In this document: positions 28,036-37,106 of the stretch, piece after piece
Layout of the letters: every line of letters starts with the position of its first letter
Position numbering within the stretch: the stretch's first letter is position 1
Assembly: GCA_020349965.1 (NCBI GenBank)
Contig: CP070705.1
Location: 759,569 to 823,568, forward strand
DNA from: a candidate division WOR-3 bacterium
GTDB lineage: Bacteria; Hydrothermota; Tepidihabitantia; SM23-42
Length of the DNA: 64,000 nucleotides
Reading direction: 5' to 3'
Notes under the pieces: generated by a model
Told to the model about the DNA's origin: nothing
Seen by the model: only the letters and a program-made list of their open reading frames with translations
Database searches by the model: none
Made by a program: the position numbers and the translations under genes

Positions 28036-29052
28036 ATGAAGGAGAACTTCCGGCGCCATTCTCTTTGCCAGGCAAGGGATACAGTCGTTTCAATCGGGCT
28101 CGAAGAATACCGAGCTGAGCAGATCTTCAAGTGGATCTGGCAGAAGAACGCCGAAGATTTTTCGAAGATGACAAATCTCTCCCGGGCACTACGTGAAGAT
28201 CTTGACCGGCGTTATTCGATCGCCGGACTGGAGATTGCGGGCCTGGTTCGGGAAGGGCAGGGTGCGCATAAGTATCTGCTCAGGCTCGAGGATGGGAAGG
28301 AGATTGAGTCGGTATTTATGCGCGAAGGCCGCAGGCGAACGATCTGTGTGTCGTGTCAGGTTGGGTGTCCTTTAGGTTGTCGGTTCTGCGCAACAGGGCT
28401 CATCGGTTTGACGCGAAACCTCTATGCTTACGAAATTGCCGATCAGGTCCGGGTCATCCAGAAGGCCGTAGGTGAGAAGTGTACCAATGTCGTTTTTATG
28501 GGCATGGGCGAACCGTTCCTTAATTTCGTAGAGGTCGTGGCGGCGCTCGAAATCATCTCATCGCCGCTTGGTTTAGGTGTCGGTCGCCGGCATACTACGT
28601 TGTCCACGGTCGGTCTTGTTGAAGGTATGGAGGCTTTGCTGAGATCGCCCATCCGCGCAAAACTGGCGGTCTCATTGAATTTCGCGGATGAGGAACAAAG
28701 GAGAGAATATATGCCGGCGGCAAGATACAATTCACTGTTAGATATAATGAAAGTGGCCAAAGCATATTCGTGTGAAAAAGAAATGGTCACCTTTGAATAC
28801 GTGATGATCAAGGGTGTCAACGATCGCTTGAGTGATGCGAAACGTCTGGTGAGATTGTTGAGGGGCATACCGTCGAAGATCAATCTCATACCCTACAACG
28901 AGCACCCGCGCCTGCCCTTTAGAAGACCTGCTGACCAGAGGATCGAGAAGTTCTACGAATACCTTTTGAATTCGCATCATACCGTCGTAATCAGGAAATC
29001 AAAGGGGCAGAAGATTCTTGCTGGTTGTGGCCAGTTGAGCGGGAAGGCATAG
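28036..29052 (+). CDS. rlmN: 23S rRNA (adenine2503-C2)-methyltransferase, radical SAM
   Basis: 338 aa. The N-terminus 'EQIFKWIWQK…MTNLSRALRE' and the radical-SAM motif 'CQVGCPLGCRFCATG' match RlmN. Confidence 0.85.
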   Translation: MKENFRRHSLCQARDTVVSIGLEEYRAEQIFKWIWQKNAEDFSKMTNLSRALREDLDRRYSIAGLEIAGLVREGQGAHKYLLRLEDGKEIESVFMREGRRRTICVSCQVGCPLGCRFCATGLIGLTRNLYAYEIADQVRVIQKAVGEKCTNVVFMGMGEPFLNFVEVVAALEIISSPLGLGVGRRHTTLSTVGLVEGMEALLRSPIRAKLAVSLNFADEEQRREYMPAARYNSLLDIMKVAKAYSCEKEMVTFEYVMIKGVNDRLSDAKRLVRLLRGIPSKINLIPYNEHPRLPFRRPADQRIEKFYEYLLNSHHTVVIRKSKGQKILAGCGQLSGKA

Positions 29053-29157
29053 AGACACGGTGCTCAAAACACGATTCATTACATACGATATTTCTGCTGA
29101 CGGCTGCTTGAGTGATCACGACACTTTTAACATGGTCGTCCTTACACGATAATCGAG

Positions 29158-29433
29158 ATGGGTGAATGCGTTCGTGTCCGTATGATAATATGGGGTGTTG
29201 TGCAAGGTGTTTTCTTTCGTGCGAATACCGTAGAGAAAGCGCGATCACTGAATCTATCCGGGTGGGTGCGGAATCTACCCGATGGCAGTGTAGAAGTTGT
29301 TGCCGAGGGTCCGCGCGACACGTTGGTCGACCTCGTAAGATGGTGTCACAGAGGACCGGTGGAGGCAAGGGTCGATACCGTCGATATCGAGTGGCAATCC
29401 GCGATTGGTGAGAGAGGATTCGAAATCCACTGA
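29158..29433 (+). CDS. acyP: Acylphosphatase
   Basis: 91 aa with the motifs 'VQGVFFR…GWVRNLPDGSVE'. Confidence 0.85.
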   Translation: MGECVRVRMIIWGVVQGVFFRANTVEKARSLNLSGWVRNLPDGSVEVVAEGPRDTLVDLVRWCHRGPVEARVDTVDIEWQSAIGERGFEIH

Positions 29434-29511
29434 CGAATTAGAATACGCAGTTCGCTCCGTAGAATCCGGTGTACGTGCCGTGTTCGTCGCGGGCTACGGT
29501 CCGTGCCTATC

Positions 29512-29539
29512 TTGACTTCGGCGGGAAATTCTGTATAAT
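29512..29539 (+). promoter_or_regulatory. σ70-type promoter candidate upstream of the leuC-like cluster
   Basis: TTGACT (29512-29517), a 16-nt spacer, and TATAAT (29534-29539) preceded by TG. A ~100 nt leader follows, with a GGAGG site before the ATG at 29641. Confidence 0.55.
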
Positions 29540-29640
29540 CATATGTTATCTGTGACGTACCGTGTTGATGCGCTAAGCATCTGATAGCTACTTGCTTACG
29601 GAGCAGTCCACGTTTAACCATAGATTGGAGAATTGGAGGC

Positions 29641-30948
29641 ATGATGGGAAAGACCATGGCGGAGAAGATTCTATCCGAGAAGAGCGGCAAGGATGCACAC
29701 GCAGGCGATATCGTGATCGCTCATGTCCATGTTGCTGCTTTTCAGGACGGCACAGGGCCGCTAGGCGTACGTCAGCTCCAGAAAATGAGTTTGGAAGAGG
29801 TCCGGGCGCGCCGGTCAATACTATTCATCGATCATGCGGCGCCGTCGCCACGCAAGGAGCTATCGAATGATCATATGTTATTACGTGAATTCAGCCGAAA
29901 AACCGGCGCCATATTGTCTGAAATTGGTGAAGGGGTGATCCATCAGCGGTTGGTTGAGTCCTACGCGCGCCCCGGTGATGTTGTCATCGGCGCCGATTCG
30001 CATACCTGTACATCGGGTGCGCTGGGCGCCTTTGCTACAGGCATGGGTTCTACTGACGTGGCAATCGGTATGGCAATGGGAAAGACATGGTTCAAGGTTC
30101 CCGAGACGTATCGAATCGAGGTGAAGGGTGATTTTAAGCCCGGGGTCGGCTCAAAAGATCTCATCCTTTACCTCATTGGTATGTTGGGCGCTGATGGTGC
30201 AACGTACAAAGCCTTGGAATTCGGCGGCCCGGCGATCGATAAGATGTCCATGGAGTCACGTTTTGTGTTGTCCAATATGGCGGTTGAGGCAGGCGCCAAG
30301 GCCGGCTTGATTGCATCGGACAGGAAGACAAGACAGTATCTAAAGGCACGCGGTCGCGTCAAGGATTGGCGTGCATTGGCACCTGAGGAGGGCGCGAAGT
30401 ATGAGCGCGTCATCGTTGTCGATGCCCGCAAGCTGGTACCCCAGGTCGCATTCCCGCATACTGTTGATAACACCAAGGACATTGACAAGGCACGCGGGAT
30501 AAAGATCGACCAGGTCTTCATCGGTACCTGCACTAACGGCCGCATTGAAGACCTGAGAATCGCTGCTAGGATTCTGAGGGGTAGAGAACGTGCTCCTCAT
30601 ACAAGACTCGTTGTCGTTCCGGCGTCACGCGAAATATATCTTGAAGCGCTCGAAAGTGGATTGTTGAATATCTTCGTGCGCGCTGGCGGCATTATTATGG
30701 GTCCGGGATGCGGTCCATGTGTCGGCGTCCATCAGGGTGTGCTTGGGGACGGCGAGGTCTGTCTGTCGACGGCAAACCGCAATTTCCGCGGACGAATGGG
30801 CAATCCCGACGGTTTCGTCTACCTCGCATCGCCGGCTACTGCAGCCTTCAGTGCGATAAAAGGGCAGATCAGTGATCCGAGAGATTTCTTCGCGAGGCGG
30901 CAGCACAAGAAAGTTGCCAAGCCCGGAAAAGCGCGAAAGAAGAGGTAG
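29641..30948 (+). CDS. LeuC-family hydro-lyase large subunit (3-isopropylmalate dehydratase / homoaconitase type; possibly an aconitase here)
   Basis: 435 aa of the short archaeal-type LeuC length. It has Fe-S ligand motifs (CTSGALGAF, GTCTNGR, GPGCGPCVG). Its genomic context is citrate synthase and IDH rather than leuA/leuB. Confidence 0.8.
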   Translation: MMGKTMAEKILSEKSGKDAHAGDIVIAHVHVAAFQDGTGPLGVRQLQKMSLEEVRARRSILFIDHAAPSPRKELSNDHMLLREFSRKTGAILSEIGEGVIHQRLVESYARPGDVVIGADSHTCTSGALGAFATGMGSTDVAIGMAMGKTWFKVPETYRIEVKGDFKPGVGSKDLILYLIGMLGADGATYKALEFGGPAIDKMSMESRFVLSNMAVEAGAKAGLIASDRKTRQYLKARGRVKDWRALAPEEGAKYERVIVVDARKLVPQVAFPHTVDNTKDIDKARGIKIDQVFIGTCTNGRIEDLRIAARILRGRERAPHTRLVVVPASREIYLEALESGLLNIFVRAGGIIMGPGCGPCVGVHQGVLGDGEVCLSTANRNFRGRMGNPDGFVYLASPATAAFSAIKGQISDPRDFFARRQHKKVAKPGKARKKR

Positions 30949-30990
30949 GAAAATTAATAGATAGTTCTGTAGGAAGCAAGGAGGAAGAAG

Positions 30991-32271
30991 ATGGCTAACA
31001 TGATAGACAAACTTGCAGGGACAATTCCCGCACTGCGGGATGACATCAAGGCTTTTGTTAAGCAGAACGGTGACAAGGTTATATCTGAGGTTACGGTTGC
31101 ACAGGCGTACGGGGGGATGCGAGGCGTGAAGGCACTTGTTTGCGACACCTCGGTCGTGCCTCCGGACAAGGGGCTCATTATTCGTAGTCACCCGATCGGT
31201 GAGTTGAAAGAAAAACTGCCAGAAGCAGTATTCTATTTGCTTGTCACCGGTGAGATGCCGGATGATGCTGCTGTACAAGCCTTGACAAAGGACTTTGGTA
31301 GCCGTGCCATAGTGCCTGATTATGTCTGGAAGACATTGGCCGCGATGCCAAAGGATTCACACCCGATGGTAATGTTCAGTTTGGGTATTTTGGCCATGGA
31401 GAAAGAATCGGTATTCAGGAAAAAGTACACCGAAGGTATGAAGAAAGAAGATTATTGGCAATCGACGCTCGAAGACTGCCTCAATCTCATCGGCAAATTA
31501 CCCAATCTTGCAGCCGGTATATACAGGATGAGATTTGACAAGGGACCTCGGATCGAGCCCGAGCCAAAGCTCGACTGGGCGGCGAACTACGCGCATATGC
31601 TCGGTATCTCTGATCCCAGTGGTGAGTTTGCCAATCTCATGAGACTCTATATGGTGCTGCATTCTGATCATGAAGGTGGTAACGTGAGTGCCCATACGTG
31701 CCACTGCGTTGGTTCGGCTCTTTCTGATCCTTACTACGCTGTCTCGGCCGGTTTGAACGGTCTGGCTGGTCCCTTACACGGGCTAGCAAATCAAGAATGC
31801 CTGCGCTGGGTTATCATGGTCAAGGAGAAATTCGGCGGTGTTCCAACGGATGAGCAGTTGAAGCAATTTGCCTGGGATACCCTCAATTCGGGGCAGGTCA
31901 TTCCCGGCTATGGTCACGCCGTACTGAGGATCACAGACCCGCGTTTTGACGCCTTCCGTGAATTCGGCGCCCGTGTGTGTGCCGATGATCCCTATTTCCA
32001 GATTGTAGATAAGGTATTCAGGGTCGTGCCGGGAGTGCTGAAGGAGCATGGCAAAGCTAAGGATCCATGGCCCAACGTCGATGCCGCTTCGGGTTGTCTG
32101 CTCTATCATTTTGGTATGACGGAATTCCAATATTACACCGTCCTCTTCGGCGTGTCGAGGGCGATGGGGATGTGTGCTCAGTTGATCGTCAGCCGTGCGC
32201 TAGGAGAGGCAATTGAGCGTCCAAAGTCAGTGACCACGGGTTGGGTCAAGCAGGCAGTGGCCAAAGGATGA
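30991..32271 (+). CDS. Citrate synthase, mitochondrial-like (type I) form
   Basis: 426 aa. The signature 'GYGHAVLRITDPR' is the eukaryotic/mitochondrial-type citrate synthase signature; the common bacterial form is GFGHRVY. Confidence 0.85.
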   Translation: MANMIDKLAGTIPALRDDIKAFVKQNGDKVISEVTVAQAYGGMRGVKALVCDTSVVPPDKGLIIRSHPIGELKEKLPEAVFYLLVTGEMPDDAAVQALTKDFGSRAIVPDYVWKTLAAMPKDSHPMVMFSLGILAMEKESVFRKKYTEGMKKEDYWQSTLEDCLNLIGKLPNLAAGIYRMRFDKGPRIEPEPKLDWAANYAHMLGISDPSGEFANLMRLYMVLHSDHEGGNVSAHTCHCVGSALSDPYYAVSAGLNGLAGPLHGLANQECLRWVIMVKEKFGGVPTDEQLKQFAWDTLNSGQVIPGYGHAVLRITDPRFDAFREFGARVCADDPYFQIVDKVFRVVPGVLKEHGKAKDPWPNVDAASGCLLYHFGMTEFQYYTVLFGVSRAMGMCAQLIVSRALGEAIERPKSVTTGWVKQAVAKG

Positions 32272-32295
32272 TGTAGTCCAGTCAGGAGGTAAGTC

Positions 32296-32796
32296 ATGGT
32301 CCTTAGGGGAAAGGCCTGGAAGTTTGGCGATAGCATATCAACTGATTTGATCTGCCCAGGCAGATTTTTCCATCTGCGTTCGAACCTACCCGAACTCGCC
32401 AAGCATGTTCTTGAAGATGCTGATCCGAATTTTGCGTCGCGGATGTCGAAGGGAGATTTCGTCGTGGCGGGCAATAATTTCGGCTTGGGTAGTTCCCGTG
32501 AACATGCACCTACGATAATAAAATTGGCTGGAGTTTCCGCCGTGCTGGCCAAGTCATTTGCGAGGATTTTCTACCGTAATGCAATAAATGTAGGCCTTCC
32601 GCTGCTTGAGTGCGATACCGATAAGATCGAATTGAGCGACGAAATAGAAGTTGATCTGGCAGCCGGTATGATAAAGAATGTTTCAAAAGGTATCGAACTC
32701 AAAGCCCATCCGCTCCCAAAAGCGATGCTTAATATATTGAATGATGGTGGACTTCTCGCCCATATCGAGAAACACGGTGGTTTCAAATTAGATTAA
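32296..32796 (+). CDS. LeuD-family hydro-lyase small subunit
   Basis: 166 aa with a LeuD/aconitase swivel-domain motif (GDSISTDLI…GNNFGLGSSREHAP). Confidence 0.8.
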   Translation: MVLRGKAWKFGDSISTDLICPGRFFHLRSNLPELAKHVLEDADPNFASRMSKGDFVVAGNNFGLGSSREHAPTIIKLAGVSAVLAKSFARIFYRNAINVGLPLLECDTDKIELSDEIEVDLAAGMIKNVSKGIELKAHPLPKAMLNILNDGGLLAHIEKHGGFKLD

Positions 32797-32813
32797 TCCA
32801 AGGAGAGAACACT

Positions 32814-34124
32814 ATGAAAAGGTTGAAAAAAAAGAGTCCGAAAGTGACCAAGGCGATGAAAAAGAGGAAAGTGATGAAGAGCAGGAAGGCAGCCACAACT
32901 AAAAGGAAGAAGGCGGGAAAAAGCAAGCCCTCAGCTCCAATTGTCAGGGCTCAAGAGCATTTCAAGGGTATACTCGAAGCTCAGATTGTACGAGTGAACC
33001 GCATAAAGAAAGCCCAGGATTGGATAGACTATGCGAAGGTGAAGCCAGTGATTGTTGGCATTCTTGGCGGAGACGGGATCGGACCCTACATAACAGCTGA
33101 GGCAAAACGGGTGCTTGAACACCTGCTCAACGGTGAAGTTGCCCGGGGAAAGGTCGAATTCCGTGTGATCGAAGGAATGACCATCGAGCGGAGGTCAGAG
33201 GTCGGAAAAGCCATCCCGGACGACATTCTGCGGGAAGTGAAGAAATGCCACGTTACGTTGAAGGGGCCGACGACGACACCAAAGAAAGGCGACCCCTGGC
33301 CAAACATCGAAAGCGCGAACGTGGCGATGCGGAAGGAGCTGGATCTTTTTGCCAACGTTCGGCCGGTCAAGGTTCCCAAACTCGGTATAGACTGGATGTT
33401 CTTTCGGGAGAACACCGAAGATATGTATGCACTGGGTCCGTTCGGCATAGAGGTTACGCCCGATATCGCGATCGATTTCAGACTGATAACTAGACCCGGT
33501 AGCCACCGTATCATCAAAATGGCATTCGAATATGCAAAGAAGAACGGAATCAATCGTGTCACGGCCGTAACAAAGGCGAATGTGGTAAAAACGACCGACG
33601 GTCTGTTCCTCAAGACATTCTACGAGATCGCAAAGTCATACTCGGGGATCGAGGCGGATGATTGGTTTATCGATATTATGACGGCGAAGTTAGTCGATGA
33701 AAAACGCCGCCGGGAGTTTAAGGTGATGGTGTTGCCCAATCTTTACGGTGACATTCTAACCGACGAAGCCGCTGAATTTCAGGGTGGCGTGGGTACTGCC
33801 GGTAGTGCGAATGTCGGCAAGCGGTATGCCATGTTCGAGGCAATCCATGGCAGTGCTCCGCGCATGGTCAAAGAAGGCCGGGCGCAATATGCAGATCCAA
33901 GCAGCGTCATCCGTGCCGGTTCCATGTTGTTGAATCATATCGGCTATAGAGAGTTGGGTAATAAGTTGGAGATGGCACTCGATATATGCGGTCAGTACGA
34001 GAAGAAGCTGGTGATGACCGGGCGTTCTACCGGTGCGAACGGACGTGAATTCTGTGATTACATACTCCAAACGATGGCTGACCCGAATCTCGTTGCGCGC
34101 TGGAAATCATATCAGCAGGTGTAG
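32814..34124 (+). CDS. Isocitrate/isopropylmalate dehydrogenase-family enzyme (probably isocitrate dehydrogenase) with a Lys-rich N-terminal extension
   Basis: 436 aa with the motifs 'GILGGDGIGPYI', 'NLYGDILTDEAAEFQGG' and 'GSAP'. The first ~47 aa are K/R-rich (MKRLKKKSPKVTKAMKKRKVMKSRK…). A GGAGAG ribosome-binding site precedes the 32814 ATG. Confidence 0.8.
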   Translation: MKRLKKKSPKVTKAMKKRKVMKSRKAATTKRKKAGKSKPSAPIVRAQEHFKGILEAQIVRVNRIKKAQDWIDYAKVKPVIVGILGGDGIGPYITAEAKRVLEHLLNGEVARGKVEFRVIEGMTIERRSEVGKAIPDDILREVKKCHVTLKGPTTTPKKGDPWPNIESANVAMRKELDLFANVRPVKVPKLGIDWMFFRENTEDMYALGPFGIEVTPDIAIDFRLITRPGSHRIIKMAFEYAKKNGINRVTAVTKANVVKTTDGLFLKTFYEIAKSYSGIEADDWFIDIMTAKLVDEKRRREFKVMVLPNLYGDILTDEAAEFQGGVGTAGSANVGKRYAMFEAIHGSAPRMVKEGRAQYADPSSVIRAGSMLLNHIGYRELGNKLEMALDICGQYEKKLVMTGRSTGANGREFCDYILQTMADPNLVARWKSYQQV

Positions 34125-34140
34125 GTTATTTCATTCTGAT

Positions 34141-34169
34141 GCCCCGTCGGTCGGCGGGGCATTTTTTTT
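34141..34169 (+). terminator. Rho-independent terminator after the icd-like gene
   Basis: A GC-rich hairpin (gccccg-tcggtcgg-cggggc) is followed by T8. Confidence 0.7.
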
Positions 34170-34203
34170 GTCCCACATCCCGAGCAATTGGCAGCCCGTG
34201 CAC

Positions 34204-34231
34204 TTGACATCAATTCAAAATTGAATAGAAT
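34204..34231 (+). promoter_or_regulatory. σ70-type promoter for fabG-acpP-fabF with an embedded palindrome
   Basis: TTGACA (34204-09), a 16-nt spacer containing the palindrome TTCAA-AA-TTGAA (34215-26), and TAGAAT (34226-31). The ATG lies at 34235/34238, so the transcript may be leaderless. Confidence 0.55.
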
Positions 34232-34234
34232 TTC

Positions 34235-34972
34235 ATGATGGCTGCCGAAGTGAAAATCGCTCTCGTCACCGGTGGTGCCACGGGTATAGGCGCCGCAATT
34301 GTGCGCTGTTTTGCAGAGCAATCCATGAAAGTCGCAGTTTGTGATATTGACAGGAAACACGGTGAAGAGTTGGCAGCGGAGAGAAATACGGCTGTCAGGT
34401 TCTACGAGCTTGATATCGCCAATGAAGCGCAGGTCGTCGGTACGGTGGACAAGATAGTCGAAGATTTGGGGAGGATTGACGTTCTTGTCAATAACGCGGG
34501 AATCACTGCCGACAAATTACTGATACGGATGGACAGCGGCGACTGGAATCGTGTCTTGGATGTCAACCTTACCGGTACTTTCTTAATGACCAGAGCCGTG
34601 GCCAGATACATGATGAAACAACGTTACGGCAGAATAGTTAACATTTCGTCAGTGATAGGCATATTGGGCAATTTTGGTCAGGCAAACTATGCCGCAAGCA
34701 AAGCGGGGATCATCGCGTTCACTAAATCTTGTGCAAAAGAGCTGGCAAGCCGCAATATTAACGTAAATGCAATCGCTCCGGGTTTCATCAAAACGAGGAT
34801 GACCGATGCCATCCCGGAGGAGATAAGGCAAAATTACTTGAAACTCATTCCCCTCAATCGTTTCGGCGAACCGAAGGATGTCGCCGATCTCGTTGCGTTC
34901 CTTGTTTCGGATGAAGCAGGATACATAACTGGCCAGACGATATGTGTCGATGGAGGAATGGTAATGCAGTAG
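34235..34972 (+). CDS. fabG: 3-oxoacyl-ACP reductase
   Basis: 245 aa SDR. The N-terminus reads 'ALVTGGATGIGAAI', and the catalytic YxxxK region is present (NYAASKAG). Confidence 0.9.
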   Translation: MMAAEVKIALVTGGATGIGAAIVRCFAEQSMKVAVCDIDRKHGEELAAERNTAVRFYELDIANEAQVVGTVDKIVEDLGRIDVLVNNAGITADKLLIRMDSGDWNRVLDVNLTGTFLMTRAVARYMMKQRYGRIVNISSVIGILGNFGQANYAASKAGIIAFTKSCAKELASRNINVNAIAPGFIKTRMTDAIPEEIRQNYLKLIPLNRFGEPKDVADLVAFLVSDEAGYITGQTICVDGGMVMQ

Positions 34973-35029
34973 TAGGGCACTGACCGGTTTGTCTGTGCCT
35001 CGAGCAGATGGATAGAAAGGAGGAATAAG

Positions 35030-35269
35030 ATGGCTCTTTTTGATGACGTAAGAAATATAATCGTGGAACAACTACATGTACCACCGGAGAAAGTGACTAT
35101 CGATGCCAAGTTCATAGAGGACCTTGGTGCTGATTCTCTGGATACGGTTGAGCTGATCATGGCTTTCGAAGAGAAGTTCGGGCTGCAGATTTCAGAGGAA
35201 GAGGCTCAGAAACTAGATAATGTGGGTAAGGCAGTGACCTACCTAGAGGAGAAGCTGAAGCAAAAATGA
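35030..35269 (+). CDS. acpP: Acyl carrier protein
   Basis: 79 aa with the phosphopantetheine attachment motif 'DLGADSLDTVELIMAFEEKF'. Confidence 0.9.
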   Translation: MALFDDVRNIIVEQLHVPPEKVTIDAKFIEDLGADSLDTVELIMAFEEKFGLQISEEEAQKLDNVGKAVTYLEEKLKQK

Positions 35270-36501
35270 GAAGGGTCGTAGTCACAGGGATCGGCGCGAT
35301 TACACCTCTGGGGAACGACGTCAAGACGACTTGGGAGGCGTTGCTCAAAGGCGTGAGTGGGGTCGGCTCCATCACGGCATTTGATACATCAAACCACGTG
35401 GTGAAGATCGCGGGTGAGGTGAAGAATTGGTCGCCTGATGAGCGAATACCTCCGAAGTCGGCGAGGCGGCTGGACCGTTGCGTACAACTATCGTTATGGT
35501 CGTCAATCGAAGCGGTGGAAGATGCTAAGATCGACTTCGGCAAATACGACCCGGACCGTGTGGGCGTCATAATAGGTTCCGGCATCGGAGGTCTTCTGAC
35601 CTGGGAGACCGAGCACACGAAATTCATCGAACAAGGGCCAAGTCGCGTATCGCCATTTCTGATACCGATGATGATCTGCGATATGACATCCGGCTACGCT
35701 TCGATTCACTGGGGTCTGAAAGGACCTAACTATACGACTGTATCTGCGTGCGCTTCAGGAGCTCATGCGATCGGGGATGCCTTCAGGGCGATCAAGTACG
35801 GCGATGCGGACGTGATGCTGACCGGTGGGTCTGAAGCTCCGATCACTCCTTTTGCACTCGCCGGGTTCAGTAATATGCGCGCCCTCTCACGCCGCAATGA
35901 CGAACCGCAGCGGGCTTCGAGACCTTTTGATAAGGCGCGTGACGGTTTCGTGTTGGCCGAAGGAGCTGGGGCATTGGTATTGGAGGAGTTCGATTCCGCC
36001 GTTCGCCGCGGTGCAAAGATCTACTGCGAGATCGTTGGCTTCGGTGCGACTGGTGATGGTTACCATATAACCGCCCCTGCGCCCGAAGGTGAGGGCGCCC
36101 GACGGTCAATGGCAAGAGCGATCCGGGAAACAGGTTGTTCCAACGAAGACATTGATTTTATCAATACGCACGGGACATCGACCGAACTCAACGACAAATT
36201 CGAAGCCCGGGCGATCAAAGATCTAATGGGTCCGCACGTTGGTAAAGTAGTGCTAAATGCTACAAAATCGATGCTCGGGCACAGCCTGGGCGCGGCCGGT
36301 GCCGTTGAAGCAGTAGCCACGATACTCTCGATCAAGGACCAGATCGTACACCCTACCCTCAATCTCGAAGACCCTGATCCTGAATGTGAGGGGTTGGATA
36401 TGATCATTGGCGATTCGCGGGAGGTGAAGATCGAGTATGCGCTGTCGAATTCTCTCGGATTTGGCGGGCACAACGCAACGCTTTGTTTTAAACGTATGTA
36501 A
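35266..36501 (+). CDS. fabF: Beta-ketoacyl-ACP synthase II
   Basis: 411 aa with the active-site Cys region (VSACASGAHAIG) and the C-terminal motifs HGTSTELND and 'NSLGFGGHNATL'. Confidence 0.9.
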   Translation: MRRVVVTGIGAITPLGNDVKTTWEALLKGVSGVGSITAFDTSNHVVKIAGEVKNWSPDERIPPKSARRLDRCVQLSLWSSIEAVEDAKIDFGKYDPDRVGVIIGSGIGGLLTWETEHTKFIEQGPSRVSPFLIPMMICDMTSGYASIHWGLKGPNYTTVSACASGAHAIGDAFRAIKYGDADVMLTGGSEAPITPFALAGFSNMRALSRRNDEPQRASRPFDKARDGFVLAEGAGALVLEEFDSAVRRGAKIYCEIVGFGATGDGYHITAPAPEGEGARRSMARAIRETGCSNEDIDFINTHGTSTELNDKFEARAIKDLMGPHVGKVVLNATKSMLGHSLGAAGAVEAVATILSIKDQIVHPTLNLEDPDPECEGLDMIIGDSREVKIEYALSNSLGFGGHNATLCFKRM

Positions 36502-36512
36502 AAGGTGTTCCA

Positions 36513-37106
36513 ATGCGCCCTGGTTCAAAGGTAGTAGTTGGTATCGGAGGGAATATCGGCGCAGGTAAGACGGCGGCAGTCGGTGTATTCAAAGATCTTG
36601 GCGCCGAGTGCATCGCCGCGGATGAGCTGGGTTGGGAGGTACTGCCCGAAATAGTTCACGTATTGAAAGGAGAATTTGGGGGGCAGATAATGCGCGGAAG
36701 TGAGATCGATAGAAAGAAACTCCGGGAACTGGTCTTCTCGGACCCTGCGAAGGTGAAGTTCCTTAATCGCGTATCACATCCATTACTCATCAGGAAGATC
36801 GCTCAAAAAATCCAAAGCATAGAATCGGGTGTTGTGGTTATTGACGCAGCGTTGCTCTTTGACTGGCCCGAGATACTCCAAGTAGTCGATCACACCATCC
36901 TGATCGCATCCAGGCGTTCAGCTAAGAGGAAGCGGGCCCAGGCAAAGGACATCGGCAGCCATTTGTTTTCAGTGATTCTGTCGACACAACAGAGCGATCA
37001 GGAGATGGCCGCAAAAGCCAACTTCGTGATTCGCAACGACGGCACACTCGATGAATTGAGAGACAGGTGTCGCGAAATATACGAGTGGGTCAAAGATGAT
37101 TGCTGA
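36513..37106 (+). CDS. coaE: Dephospho-CoA kinase
   Basis: 197 aa with a P-loop 'GIGGNIGAGKT' and CoaE-like length and pattern. Confidence 0.75.
   Translation: MRPGSKVVVGIGGNIGAGKTAAVGVFKDLGAECIAADELGWEVLPEIVHVLKGEFGGQIMRGSEIDRKKLRELVFSDPAKVKFLNRVSHPLLIRKIAQKIQSIESGVVVIDAALLFDWPEILQVVDHTILIASRRSAKRKRAQAKDIGSHLFSVILSTQQSDQEMAAKANFVIRNDGTLDELRDRCREIYEWVKDDC

Noticed and set aside
27888-28118. 76-aa ORF spanning the cyclase/rlmN intergenic region
   Set aside because: It overlaps the rlmN 5' end in another frame and has no ribosome-binding site. It is more likely non-coding promoter space for the divergent genes.
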